From: Podarcis gaigeae
Taxonomy: Eukaryota
Assembly (NCBI GenBank): GCA_964106915.2
Contig: OZ066917.1
Strand: one strand, 5' to 3'
DNA: 64,000 nt
How positions within the stretch are numbered: position 1 is the first letter of the stretch; every line of letters begins with the position of its first letter. The notes beneath the pieces are model-generated. The model was not told where the DNA came from. It saw only the letters and a list, made by a program, of their open reading frames with translations, and made no database searches. This document shows positions 35,663 to 48,264 of this stretch, in pieces. The position numbers and the translations under genes are program-made.

Positions 35663-37691
35663 AACAGTACAACTTGGCCAGCCTTGGGTGTTACTTACAT
35701 AGACTTGGGGACAGGGGGTACAACCTCAGGCAGCAAAGTTTATTTGGCTGGCCCTGCCTCAACCCACTAGTCACCATCAACTGGACTTAACCCCATGATT
35801 CTCAGACACCTTGCCCTGCCAGTATATAACATAGACCTAAGCTGGCTTGACACATGAGTAAGACAAGATTCCCTGTGCACCAAGTCAGCCAGCATCAAGT
35901 TTCTGTTGAGGTACTTTAAGTAAGGTAAGAGAGAAAAAGCAGTTACACAAAAGAAAATAAATTCATGATTTTTCTAAGGCTATCACAATCCTAACTTGGT
36001 TGAAACAGATTTATAGCCTCCATTGATGAGGGAGAGTATTGAGAATTTCAGTTGAAGGCAAAGAGGGACAGGGACAGAAAATCCCATCTCAGATTATATG
36101 AATATGAGCTCTAATAGAGGTGGTGGTAGTTGGACAAAGGGGTCGGATGTCAATCAGAGAGGTTTTTTCAGTCTGCAGGTTGAAAGAAAAGAATATTTAA
36201 GGTCTAGCCAGGCCAGGGTTTTTAAATTTTCCTTTTCATTTCCTTTTCATTTTGAATTGTTTTATCCTTGTTGCAAGATGTCCTGAGAATCTTGTTATAC
36301 AGTAGCCTGTAAATATTGTTAATATTAACAACAGCCAGAAAAATTCTGAAAAAGTATTGGCAGGCAAAGAAGATATAAGAGATGAAGATATGAACCCCAA
36401 GTTAAACCTCTGGTTTGCACAAACAAAAGCAAAAGACATTCTATGAACTTTGCTGCAGTAAATATATCCCCCTTTGCACAATGATTTTTGACATTCCTTT
36501 CAATGGGGATTGGATACACAGCTGGTGGTAGATCAGTACTAACATGATGGCAGCTGGTAAATTACAATTGTGGGTGTTTTTAATGTTCTTTAAATGTCCT
36601 AAAATGGTTCCGGAGTAGCTGCTGTATTGCCACAGAATTTCCTTTGTTGCATTCATATAGACCAAGGAAATGTTTTATACAGAAGATATGTACCACAGGC
36701 AAAATACTCACAGCCCATATCTCCCTCAAGTAGCTGTCTGTCACATTTGTTCAAAGTTTGCTGCTGGCAACATGGTAGTTATTAAAATCAATATTTTCTG
36801 AAAAGCTAAAGGAAGTGTGTCAATGGGATCATGGTAAATACATTCTACACAACAAAGGCTTGTTTATTAAAGCATAGCAATTAACTTAAAAGGTGGACTT
36901 TATGCTTGGATTCTGAGGCACGGAGCTCAGTGGCAAGTAGATTGTGGATTATTCCCTGAAAAAATTGCAATGAATGTCAAGTAGTCTTAAAGGTTTACTG
37001 TTCAGAGCATTTACAATGGGGAAAATTCCCATTTTATGATAATCTTCAAATATACAATGAAAGCCTATAAAACATTTTCCATTTTCCTGCTTAAGATGCA
37101 GAAACAAGCACACTTTCTACTCCCAGTGATCTGAACATTAAACCAGGACTGATGCACTGATCAGAGAGTCACTGTAGCTCACAACAATTCCACCGTGGTT
37201 CTTGTTACGCATTTTAGTATGCCGGCAAGGTGCAAAGTTTTTCTAGTTCTAACGACTTTGCCCTTCAGGCATTCCGATCCACAAAATGTATTAGCTGGAT
37301 TTAGATTGGCTTTACACTCTGATCTAAAATACATTTACTTGGAAGCAAGTACTGTTGATGTCAGTGGAATTTGGGAATGGAACCCCCTCTCCCCGCCCCA
37401 GTTAATCTGTTTAGACCACATCCTAAAAGTCCAAAGCTGTGGGCTACATCTACTTCTCTACAGCTGAAGTGGTATTAAATCCAGAATAAGTGCCAAGCCA
37501 ATTCCTCTACTAGGAAAGGCTGTCTGCACTAGTTTGGCTTGCACTGCCTTGCATTTGCTGTTTTCACTTATCAAGCTGTGATATTGCCCTCCTCTTTATG
37601 TCTAGTAGCACGGCCACAGAGGTGCCATGAGCAAGGAGAGCTGTGGGCACTGTAGTTTATTTATTTAATTTATGAACTAGTTTGTACATTA

Positions 37692-37960
37692 CTAGTATAC
37701 CTGAAAGAGCACCTCCACCCCCATAGTTCAGCCTGGACACTGAGATCCAGTTCCGAAGGCCTTCTGGCGGTTCCCTCACCATGAGATGTGAGGTTACAAG
37801 GAACCAGGCAGAGGGCCTTCTCGGTAGTGGTGCCCGCCCTGTGGAACGCCCTCCTATCAGATGTTGAGGAGATAAACAACTAGCTGACTTTTAGAAGACA
37901 TCAGAAAGCAGCCCTGTTTAGGGAAGTTTTTAATGTTTGATTTTTTATTGTGTGTTGTTG
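37692..37960 (+). mobile_element. L2-clade LINE 3' fragment
   Basis: CAGAGGGCCTTCTCGGTAGTGGTGCCCGCCCTGTGGAACGCCCTCC, closely similar to the 46.6 kb and 12.6 kb copies. Confidence 0.9.
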
Positions 37961-37989
37961 TTTTGAAGGTATCTCAAAGGGATTTGGTA

Positions 37990-38056
37990 GGGATGTGGGT
38001 GGCGCTGTGGGTAAAACCTCAGTGCCTAGGACTTGCCGATCACACGGTCGGCAGTT
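37990..38056 (+). mobile_element. Sauria SINE head-only fragment
   Basis: GGGATGTGGGTGGCGCTGTGGGTAAAACCTCAGTGCCTAGGACTTGCCGATC, the same subfamily as 31147-31509. Confidence 0.85.
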
Positions 38057-39047
38057 GTTTCCCACCTAACAAGACAAGCATGTAGATAAAATTCAAAGCC
38101 ACTAAAACAAGAGCTAAACTTTTGCCTAAATGCCAGGCAGGGGTGGGAGGGAGGAATAAAAAGTATGTTCCTGATGTTCTAAAGATGTCAGTGTTGGTGG
38201 CAAGTGGACCTCCTTGGGGAGAACATTCTACAAATGGACAGCCATCACCAAAAAGGTCTATTATCTTTTGCCCACTTCCAAACTTCTCTCTCTAGTTGTC
38301 ATCATTTTTTAGTGGACCCGCAAGAAGCACTTGGCTGCTTGGGCTGCTTTAGTATGTTTTAGCAGGGATATTCTTATATTCATATGGATCTGGTTCTTTA
38401 TTGCCATGGCTGGCGTCTGATTTTGGTGCATTGGGCACCTGCCATGGCCCAAAGCCCTTTCAGGGACCACTATCAAGAGACTCAGCTATACTGCTGCAAA
38501 TAAAATGTTTTAAGTGTGTTGTAAAGTGCAGTATACAAATGTGACACTAGATGGTGAAGGTGAGCTTTGGCAAATCCAATTTAGTTTTCAAAATATTCTT
38601 TTTAAAAGTATTTTCATATTTTTTTCAATGTGTGTGTAGATTCCACCATGTTTGATGGAATGTAGAGAGCTTCATTTATAGTGAATCTGAACATTTGCCC
38701 ATCTCAGTATTGTCCACCCATGTGACCTTCAAGATCATCCATGACCACTGGTCATCTGGCAGGGGCTGCTGAGAATTAGAGACCAGCAAGATCTGGAGGG
38801 ACAAAAGGACACTGACTGGAACACTGGCTCGCAGGGTTTCAGACGGGAGTCTTACTTAACTCATCTATGGATCCCAGTAATTGAACCTGGGTCATTCTGC
38901 ATGCAAAGATGTGCCCAGGGAATGGACCGGGGAGCCATTTTGCCTGGGTCCCAAGTGCAAAACGGGTCAAATATATAGACACTTATTTTTAGCATTTGAC
39001 AAATTTCACAGCTTGACTTTATTCACATTGGACCAAAATATGACATA

Positions 39048-39403
39048 AAGGTAAAGGTAAAGGGACCCCTGACCATTAGGTCCAGTTGTGACCGACTCTG
39101 GGATTGCGGTGCTCATCTCGCTTTATTGGCCGCGGGAGCCAGCGTACAGCTTCTGGGTGATGTGGCCAGCATGACTAAGCCACTTCTGGCGAACCAGAGC
39201 AGTGCACAGAAATGCCATTTACCTTCCCACTGGAGCTGTATCTATTTATCTACTTGCACTTTGACATGCTTTCAAACTGCTAGGTTGGCAGGAGCAGGGA
39301 CCGAGCAACAGGAGCTCACCCCGTTGCAGGGATTCGAACCGCCGACCTTCTGATCGGCAAGTCCTAGGCTCTGTGGTTTAACCCACAGCACCACCCGTGT
39401 CCC
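39048..39403 (-). mobile_element. Sauria SINE, full length
   Basis: 13-bp TSD AAAATATGACATA at 39035-39047 and 39406-39418. Confidence 0.95.
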
Positions 39404-39553
39404 TTAAAATATGACATACTAAGGTGCAAATTTAAGAAAATAAGAGGTGTGACTCGTAAAAGACATATTTAGCTAAGTCACTGTGCTAGCAGAAGCCAGT
39501 GCGATGATTCTTAGCAGTGCAGTGGGACTTCCCCCCGCTCTCCTCCCCAAAAC

Positions 39554-39591
<38 letters not shown>

Positions 39592-41609
39592 GGGGGGAAG
39601 CGGGGAGATCATTCCATCAAATAGAACAGCTTTCACTGACAGAACAATCTCCTTAGCACTGTGTTTTCTGGCGTGGCTGCTTTGCATACTGCAGCCATTA
39701 GAAAACACCTACAAATATTTTTACACAAATGTGTGGCCTGACTTCAAGAACAAATGTGAGCCTTGACTCACTGAGGCTCAGCTTTTGAACCTTCCTTCTT
39801 TCAGTGTGTTTCACAATGTTTGAAGTTACAATAAAGAAGAGTGTCTTTGAGCATGTACAAGCTGCCTTACTTCCTTATTTCCTTTGCAGTCACTTGGTGT
39901 TCCGGCGCCATTTTTGGGCATTCCATTCATATATTCAAAGGCTGTAAAATATGTTCCATAAAACATTTGAATTCACTACAAACTGGGGCATAAAGGATCA
40001 CCCCTCTAAGAACAGTGTGGTGTCAGTTCATTCTGGTAAGGTGTGCACAAGGCACTCGTAAAATGTTGGTTGCACAGGTGGTAAATTGCAGCAGATATCA
40101 GTATGCAATGGGGAAGGGTGGGAGACATACACCAATCTGTCAAAAGCTTTCTGCTTTGCATTGCATCAGCATTATACCCAGTAGATGCATTTGGCTGCCA
40201 TAGAAATTCTTCCCAAATGAAGGGGGTAAATCTAAATCACCTTCTGGCCAAGCGCATGCTCACCCAAATTTGTTCTGATTTTTAAATTTATGATGTGTTC
40301 TGCCTTGTCACATTTGAGCCATATTATGCAATAAATTTAAAACCAATTTTACCTGTGAATGCGTGTTATTGATTTAAATTCTACTTGCTTACAAGAGAGC
40401 AGCAAAGAAGAGCAAACAGGGGAAGGAAAACTTTGGAATTTTTTTTTCTGATAGAGAAATGTAAATTTCTGTTGAATGCTCAAGGTCTCTGGACAGTTGG
40501 TTTGATTTCCTGGCTACGTTTTTGGCAGCACTAGTTATGGATGTTCTAGAAGAAGGTGGTCCAACTTGTGGCCCAAGGATGCGGCCATCAAGACCTTTTT
40601 TGTGGTCCTTGGCAACATTTGACGTTCTCCCCTGCAGGCTTCGTCCTGCCTTCCCAAAGCTGGCTAAGTAAGACGCTGGACTTTAGAAAGAAGGCATGAC
40701 TGCTCCGACAGGGTTCTAGAGTCCTCCACTCTCCTTCCCAAAGCCTTGTTAGCACTTTCTCAGCTTGGAAAGAAAGGTTGGAGGATTTTAGGACCCTGGA
40801 ATTTAATATGTGGGAATGTCTCTTTATGCCCACCCATTCCGAACTATATATTTTTAATATATACTGAGCCCACAATCAATATATCCCTAGTATCTGACTG
40901 ATTCTTTCATGAGTACATCATACAGCTGACTGGTTACTTTTCATTTCAGTTCTCCACAAAGCTTTTAACACATAACTTATTAACTTTCTTTAGGGCACCA
41001 GCCAACATTGTTACACTGAGCTACACCATCCCCAGAGATAACAGTGTGATTTCCTGTAGCAAAAAGTCTGGAACCGATCTGCTTAACATTAGAACTTAAT
41101 GACTCTAATGACCTTATTTTTAAAACCAAAGCAATGTGCTGTGCTCCAAACAGATCAATATTCATGTCTTTAATGATGCAAAAATAAACAGATAAAAAAA
41201 GTATACTATTGTGTTTCAAGATAATTCAGAGAGAAATGAAATTTAAGTAAGGAGATATGGCATATAATGTGTTCTTTTAGGTAGAATGCCCAGAGTAGAA
41301 AATTAGCATTAATTAATAATCTAATAAAAAGAGGTATATAATGAAGAACAAAATCTTTAGGTGACTACAAATTCTGCAACATTGTTAAATCCAAAGTGCA
41401 ATTGAAAGCTGCAGTGCAATCTTATGAAAGAAAACCTAATGTAGTTCATTTTTTAAAAAAGTTACCAAGTATTTGTGATAAGTTGGAAGTTAAAATAATT
41501 GTTTCTGGAAAAGCAGTTTAAAGTCTGAGGGCCAAATGAAACCCTTGAGCCAAATCCACCAGTTGCTTCTCCATTCGTAAACCAAGAGTGTCTTTGGTAA
41601 CATTTCATT

Positions 41610-41990
41610 TGTATGGTGTAGTGCACCAGATGCTATATCTTAGCAGGACAGAGGTAGCCCACTCACAGTTTTCCATGCACTGTTATGATCTAGGATTGAC
41701 TACTCGAATGTGTTGTATGTGAGGCTGCCTTTGAAAACTGTTCAGACACTTCAGATAGTTCAAAATGCAGTCACAGGCCTATTGAGCGAGAGTGATCAGT
41801 AAGAACACATCTCACAAGTAGAGAGGTGCTCCCACCATCTGTGGTAAAGGCAAATGATGACGACGACAAAAAAGGGGTCTTCTTAGTGGTGGCTCCCTGA
41901 TTGTGGAACTGCCTCCCTAGAGGTTCACCTGGTGTCAATATTGCCATCCTTTCAGGCAAAGAGTTATTGTTATCTCAAACTCTTAAATGT
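41610..41990 (+). mobile_element. Old L2-clade LINE fragment
   Basis: CATGCACTGTTATGATCTAGGATTGACTACTCGAATGTGTTGTATGTGAGGCTGCCTTTGAAA (SRIDYSNVLYV.LPLK) and GTGGTGGCTCCCTGATTGTGGAAC. Confidence 0.7.
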
Positions 41991-42556
41991 TTATTTCTTC
42001 TTGAAACATGTCATTACATTTCTTTCCCCTGTTGCTGTTTTTTTTACTACAGTTACTGCAGCCTCTGAAATGCTGGATAGTGCAGACTGATAGAGTGGAC
42101 ACAAGAGTCATAGCTGCTTATTCTCTTAATCTCCCCCATGGTCAGAATTCTGGAATAACAGGTATCATACACACCCCAACCCCTATACCCAGAAAGGGCT
42201 ATCGGTAACATGTGTACATGCTCACAACTAACCATTTACTGGTTGGTGGAATAAGAGAACAAAGTGGTGTGACTGCAGCCACTTAATTAATCTCAATCTG
42301 AACGCATCCATTGCTGGTGTGTACTGGAAAAGGCGCAATCACCCTGAAAACCCCCCAAAACAGAACTATGGCATGTATCTAGTGATGTGGAAAGTCTACC
42401 ACATTTTCACTCAAAAACACACACACATCAGAACAAACAGCAGCTATGGCACTAAAGGGGCCCTTTACTGTATATCCTACAATTGTCAATTAATATTGTT
42501 TCATTTTAACAGGTGTAACAGTGAGAATTCCTATAGCAGCTTAATGGGAGAAATCT

Positions 42557-43270
42557 TTGCGTGGCGATTCCCTCCCCATCCCAAGAAGAGTAAATAAAGA
42601 CACTGGACACCAAATTTAAGGTTAATGGGCGAAAATGGCCACAACTTTATTGATTACAGGTAAGAGCGGTATTGGCTTTTAGGCATTGGCCCTACCAGAC
42701 TATCCGGTCTAACCGGGAAGGGTTAAGCACCAACCGGGGGAGCCCCCGAGATGCACATCCCTAGGCACTCCCCGAGGGGGTTACCGCTCAGGAGCGCGCT
42801 TTAGGCCCTAGCCTTCGTAGGTTTCGGACGAGGCGACGCCCCCCGGAGTCCTTTAACGAACTACCCTTCAAGCTTTGGGGGAGGTGATGGCGTTCCTCCC
42901 CCCCGACCTCATTTCCATAACAGTACCCCTGCCAATGCCTAACCGCCAAAACCAGGAGTTGTGACGTTTTGCTAAGAGGTAGGCGAAAAAACCAAGTGGC
43001 TATAAAATACAGCCAATTAAGCCAAATGGAAAAACTCCTACCCGGCCCCATGCGGCGACCAGCCGAAGCCCATAGCAAAGTCAAATGCAAACCTAGAGGG
43101 CGGGTGGGTGGGAAACCGCTGCAGCTGTGAGAACGAAAAGGGGGCGAGCCAGGGCTGAGGGGCGGTGAATATTGATGAGCTTGGGGAATCCCTGCTTCTC
43201 ACGGGGCTGACGCAAGCCCCGCGAGATTGCTGATGGGGTCATGAGCCCGCAACCCCACCCCCTCTTAAGA
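42557..43270 (-). mobile_element. LTR-like element carrying an ENE-like motif (possibly a DIRS/Ngaro-type terminal repeat)
   Basis: On the minus strand: ENE-like motif at 42978-43042, AATAAA at 42646-42651 inside CTGTAATCAATAAAGTTGTGGCC (identical to 62986-63008), and a CGCAA end. No TG..CA termini or TSD seen. Confidence 0.75.
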
Positions 43271-43371
43271 TCAGGAGTGGCTTTTCCTGTATGTCATCTG
43301 ATTCATCTGTGTAACAATCTTGTAAGGTAAGGCAGCCATTTATTCCCATAATGCAGATGTGGAGCTGAAGC

Positions 43372-43764
43372 CTATTCCGAACTTAAAAATGGAAAGCATA
43401 ATGCTGGTGGTCAACAAAAGAGGCTTAAAGACTGTCTCAAGGCAAATCTAAAAATATATATAGTATAAACACCAACAATTGGGAAACACTAGCCTGCAAG
43501 CACTCCAATTGGAGAACAGCCTTTACCAAAGGTGTCATGGGCTTTGAAGACACTCGAACTCAGGATGCAAGGGAGAATCGTTCTAAGAGGAAGGCATGTT
43601 TGGCAAATCCACACCGTGATCAGCTCCCGCCCAGAAACCAATGTCCCCACTGTGGAAGGATGTGTGGATCCAGAATTGGCCTCCACAGTCACTTACGGAC
43701 TCATTGTTAAAACCGTGTTTATTGAAGACAATCTTACTTGGCTATGAGTGATTGCCAAAGAAGA
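43372..43764 (+). mobile_element. RTE-clade LINE 3' end (not Bov-B)
   Basis: YSELKNGKHNAGGQQKRLKDCLKANL and a C-terminal C2H2 finger CPHCGRMCGSRIGLHSHLRTHC* (43642-43710). Short GAA tail. Confidence 0.88.
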
Positions 43765-45448
43765 TCTTGCTGAATACGACTGAGGCAAGATTTGAAATGG
43801 ACACATACAGGTTCAAAAAGTTTAGCACTCTTAGACAATACACTTCCTCAGTTATCATTGTAGGAGGACTTGGAGCCAGTTACTGTGAAAAGGTTAATAT
43901 ACTTAAATGCAGTGTTTTCAGATTAGAACTGTAAATCACCTCAAGTAAATTAAGTTACCAGCCTACAAGAGATAGGAAGACTTATCACCAAATCTGGGCA
44001 CCCAATGCCCCAGCAGCATGCTATCAGTCTTTCAATGTATTGCAAGAGTTCCACCTGTTTAAATTGCCTCATCGAGCAGTTTTTGCTATGCAGTATGCAG
44101 AGTCTGTACAAAATGCACTGCAACGATTGGAAACAAGCAGATGGCATCCGCTGAATTAAAAAAAAAAAGCAACAACATTTTGAGACTACAATTCAATTTA
44201 ATCAAAGTGCATAAGAGAAAGAGTGCTGCGTACCGCATTGATTTCCATAGGTAATGGTTCTTTTCGAAATGTGACTTCGAGCTGCTGCAGGAATCAGCAT
44301 TGCTTTGATTTGGCTTTGTCAAAACTATTTAGATCCACTGTGTTAGAGAAAGCACATGAGACTCCACCTGCCAAACATGCTTCAGTTTAACCTTGAATTT
44401 TGATAATAAGAGTCATTCAAATTCCCAGGCTGGGTAAATTCCTGGGTGGGACATGAACCAGCCCAATCAAACTGGCTAGATAGGTCTGCGTATAAATTCT
44501 TTCTCATTTTCTCATAGAGTCTTATTTCATTTTAGTCCCTAGCTGATTTGTACCTGATTTGAGCTGCTAAGTCTGTCTAGCGTAGCATTCTGTCTCTGTC
44601 AGTAGCCTGTCCTGATAGAGCTCTCAAGGAAGCCAGGGCAGATTTTGGTAATCTTTTGTAATATGGCACCCTGTGTGAGCCCAAAATTTGGCACTCCCTA
44701 ATGGATCTTCTCAATTATGGATCCTTTTAGTTTTGCACCCTCTCTGCTGGGAACCACCTGCACCACACTAAAACCAGTGCTGAAGCAAGGCATGAAGCTC
44801 ACAGCTACTCCATGATGTTTGTGTCTAGCATCTGATATCATGAAGGTAGTCATCATGGCTCAAAGGCTTTGATTGATCAGTCCTCCTGACATTTGTCCAT
44901 TGTCCCCAACCCATATTGTGTGGTGAATTCTAGAACTGCGCACAGGCGCTCTCTGGCCCACTGGTAAGAGCAATTAGGTTGGTGAACATTAGGGACACGG
45001 CCTTCTCTGTTGTGACCACCAAACTCTGGAATGCCCTCCACAGGGGAATTAAGATGGGTTCCTCTTTGTTGTCCTTCTAGGGAAAGCTAAAGCATTTTTA
45101 AAATTATGGTCTGCATAAGAATGGTGTCCTGATTGTTGTTTTAAGAACTGTTGTATTTGTTCCAGTTTAAAGGTTGATCTTTAAAAACAAAAACTAAACA
45201 AAACCTCACCCCTTGTTCAAAGGTTGTAGCTGTAGCAAAATGTCCCTCTGTGCCAGGACTGAAGGACCCCTTTCAGCCTCAGGGACACGTTCCTTTCTAG
45301 ATAATTTTCCTGGGGCCACATGTGGAGCAGGGCTGCAGAGGGGTGTGGCTGTGATCTGGGGAGAATCCTGAGGGCCAGATAGAGAGGGTTGAAGGAACAC
45401 ATTTGGTCCCTGGGCCTGAGGCTTCCCATCCCTGCCCTATGCCAACAG

Positions 45449-45804
45449 TAAAGGTAAAGGTAAAGGGACCCCGACCATTAGGTCCAGTCGTGGACGACTT
45501 TGGGGTTGCGGCGCTCATCTCACTTTATTGGCCAAGGGAGCCGGCGTACAGCTTCCAGGTCATGTGGCCAGCATGACTAAGCCGCTTCTGGCAAACCAGA
45601 GCAGCGCATGGAAACGTCGTTTACCTTCCTGCTGGAGTGGTACCTATTTATTTACTTGCACTTTGACATGCTTTCGAACTGCTAGGTTGGCAGGAGCAGA
45701 AACCAAGCAACGGGAGCTCACCCCATGGGGGGGATTTGAACCACGACCTTCTGATTGGTAAGTCCTAGGCTCTGTGGTTTAACCCACAGCGCCACCCGCG
45801 TCCC
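45449..45804 (-). mobile_element. Sauria SINE, full length
   Basis: Canonical head and tail. Imperfect TSD CTATGCCAACAGTA / CTATACCAACTGTA. Confidence 0.95.
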
Positions 45805-46588
45805 TCTATACCAACTGTAGATGCATCCTTTTATCATGTCATGCTGCTATGCAAGGGAGAGTAGGTTCCAGTGTCTAGTCATTCAAGGTCAAATTCATAG
45901 GTTTTTGAAGTCAGTGGAAGGTGCGCTCTGGGCTTTGGAGAGAAACAGTAGCACAAGGGTTTGCAATTTCAATGGACGACATAAACAAGCAATATGCAAG
46001 TAAGTACAGGGAAGGAAAGATGGATGGAATGTGACAGCAGAAACAGTATGACAGCAGTGAAACACAATGCTTGCAGCTTTAGTGGCCCCATGGTGTTTGT
46101 TTACATTTTACTATTTTATTAAGAGCCAAGATTCTACAGTGAATCCCCCAAAGTCCAAACTTGGAGAAGATAAAACATTATTTTAATGCTTACCAGAAAC
46201 CTGAAGGCTTTTAGCCAGTGCACTGTGACGGAAATATGTAGTCTTACAATCCCATCTGATTTTGTTGCCATAAATATATTGTCTGAGTAAATAAAACGTT
46301 TTGACTCCTGAAGATATTAAGCAATGAATTTGATCTCATTGCCAGTACAAATATTAGGACACGGACAAAGCCGTGCCTTATGTTACTTTCCGCGAATATG
46401 GCATTGCTCAGAAGAGCAAGGAAAACTGAGGTTTTATATTTTCCTGTGATTTGGTCAAACAGAATAGTCTAGTTGTAAATCAGCCAGAAAGACCGGAAAG
46501 CAAGTGAACTGAAACCTACTTGCACAGAGTTGGACTGCTAAATCATCAGCATTATCCTTTCCAATTAGACAGGCATACTTGCTGCAAG

Positions 46589-46805
46589 ACAGAGGGCCTT
46601 CTCGGTAGCGGCGCCCGCCCTGTGGAACGCCCTCCCATCAGATGTCAAAGAGATAAAGAATTACCTGACGTTCAGAAGACATCTTAAGGCAGCCCTGTTC
46701 AGGGAAGTTTTTAATATGTAATGCTGTACGGTTTTTAACACTGATTGGGAGCCGCCCAGAGTGGCTGGGGAAAACTCAGCCAGATGGGCGGGGTATAAAT
46801 AATAA

Positions 46806-46856
<51 letters not shown>
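46589..46856 (+). mobile_element. Young 5'-truncated L2-clade LINE with a (TTA)n tail
   Basis: CpG-intact CAGAGGGCCTTCTCGGTAGCGGCGCCCGCCCTGTGGAACGCC, followed by GGGCGGGGTATAAATAATAAA(TTA)n. Confidence 0.92.
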
Positions 46857-47324
46857 TTAGATGCTTGCTAAAAACTTTTTTGTCTTGGCAATCGTACCCA
46901 GATATCTAATTTAGGGTGGTATTTAACTGTGCTTTGCTCAGAGTAGACTCATTGAAATTTTAGGATCTAACTTAATCATTTTAATGGGTTTACCCTCAGT
47001 ACAACTTAGTTGAACCCAGATTTGGTTCTAAAAGTGTGATTTAGCTAATCTTTGCTTTAATGCTGATGGTTTTATGTATGTTTGATTTTTAATTGGCTTG
47101 CAGATTGTAACTGTGTTTTAGCTGCCTTTTTTTGTGTACACCACTTGGAGAGTTTCTGATCAAGCTGTTTAGAAACATTCTAAAGAAATATAAAGAAATA
47201 AAGTCTGATGATTCGGACTCACTGCTAGTGTATACTGCAGAATGATGCTACACTATTTTGGCCTTAACATGCTGCTGCTGTCATTGTCAACAGACTATCT
47301 ATTCTAAGTCGATCTCTCAGATAG

Positions 47325-47446
47325 ATCCAGGGCTGATAAAAAATAAGGTACTTCTTCATTCAGGCTCAGCATATAATTAATCTATGGAATTTACTGCCTC
47401 AAGATGTAGTGATAGCCTTTGACTTAGATGACTTTTAACGGGCTCA
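47325..47446 (+). mobile_element. CR1 RT C-terminal fragment
   Basis: Resembles RTDKRKYFFTQ..INLWN.LPQDVV.A..LD.F. Confidence 0.7.
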
Positions 47447-48127
47447 AACAGCAGGACCCAAGAGTTTTACAGTAGAGGCTGAATAAGTTACTGACCCAAT
47501 CTGTGCTACATCATCGCTCATCACAGTGAGAGAGAGGGTACTACAGCTCTTCAATTCAGCTGGATCAGGAGATCTGAAGAACCCATCAAAGTCTGGCTCC
47601 AGGCCTGATTTCTCAGTCTTAGCAAATTGTCTCATTGAGTTCCCTAGGAAGAGGGATTGATGGCTAGATCACTCAGTAAATTGTAGCTCTGTGAGAGGAA
47701 CTAGCAAGTCTCACCATCCTTAACAAACCATAGTTCCCACAATTCTTTGTATTATTATTATTTATTAGATTTATACGACACCCCTCATCACAAGATCTCA
47801 GGACAGTATAACATTGCTTTAAATGTATGGGGTAGATACTGTACCACATGTTTTACCTCTGTTGCTTCACAACTGTCTTCACCAGAGTCTGATCCCCAGC
47901 CTATCTTCAACCACAACTTCTTCCTCTGGCCTATCTGTGCCACAACTGGACACTAGCTGCAGTCTATGTCAAAGCTTGACAAGGGGTGTGTGTAAATAAA
48001 TTCAGGAAGGATATGTCTACTAAGGGCCATTAGCCATAGTAACTGAAGTGGAACCTGAAGTTAATAATACTTCTAAATGCTAGTTCCCAGAGGGCTAACA
48101 GTGTGGAAGAGCCATTGCCTTTGTGCT

Positions 48128-48264
48128 TGGAATGGGGAATCTGTGCCCCTCCATATATTGTTGTGCTGCAATTCCCATTGTCCCAGCCAGCCTGGCCAAG
48201 GATCAGAGATGATAGGAGGTATAGTCCAACAGCATCTGGAGGGGCCACAGGTCGCCCAACCCAG
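48128..48264. mobile_element. Short hAT-like MITE (related copies near 10000-10130, 38715-38805, 49340-49430 and 59703-60630)
   Basis: Inverted termini GGGGAATCTGTGCCCCTCCA / CATCTGGAGGGGCCACAGGTCGCCC. Confidence 0.65.

Noticed and set aside
43001-43018. TATAAAA and CCAAT on the plus strand as a promoter
   Set aside because: The order is wrong for a plus-strand promoter, and the segment is the variable apical part of the minus-strand ENE-like stem-loop.
43642-43710. C2H2 zinc-finger exon
   Set aside because: It is the C-terminus of a frameshifted RTE LINE ORF, followed by the element's 3' UTR and tail.
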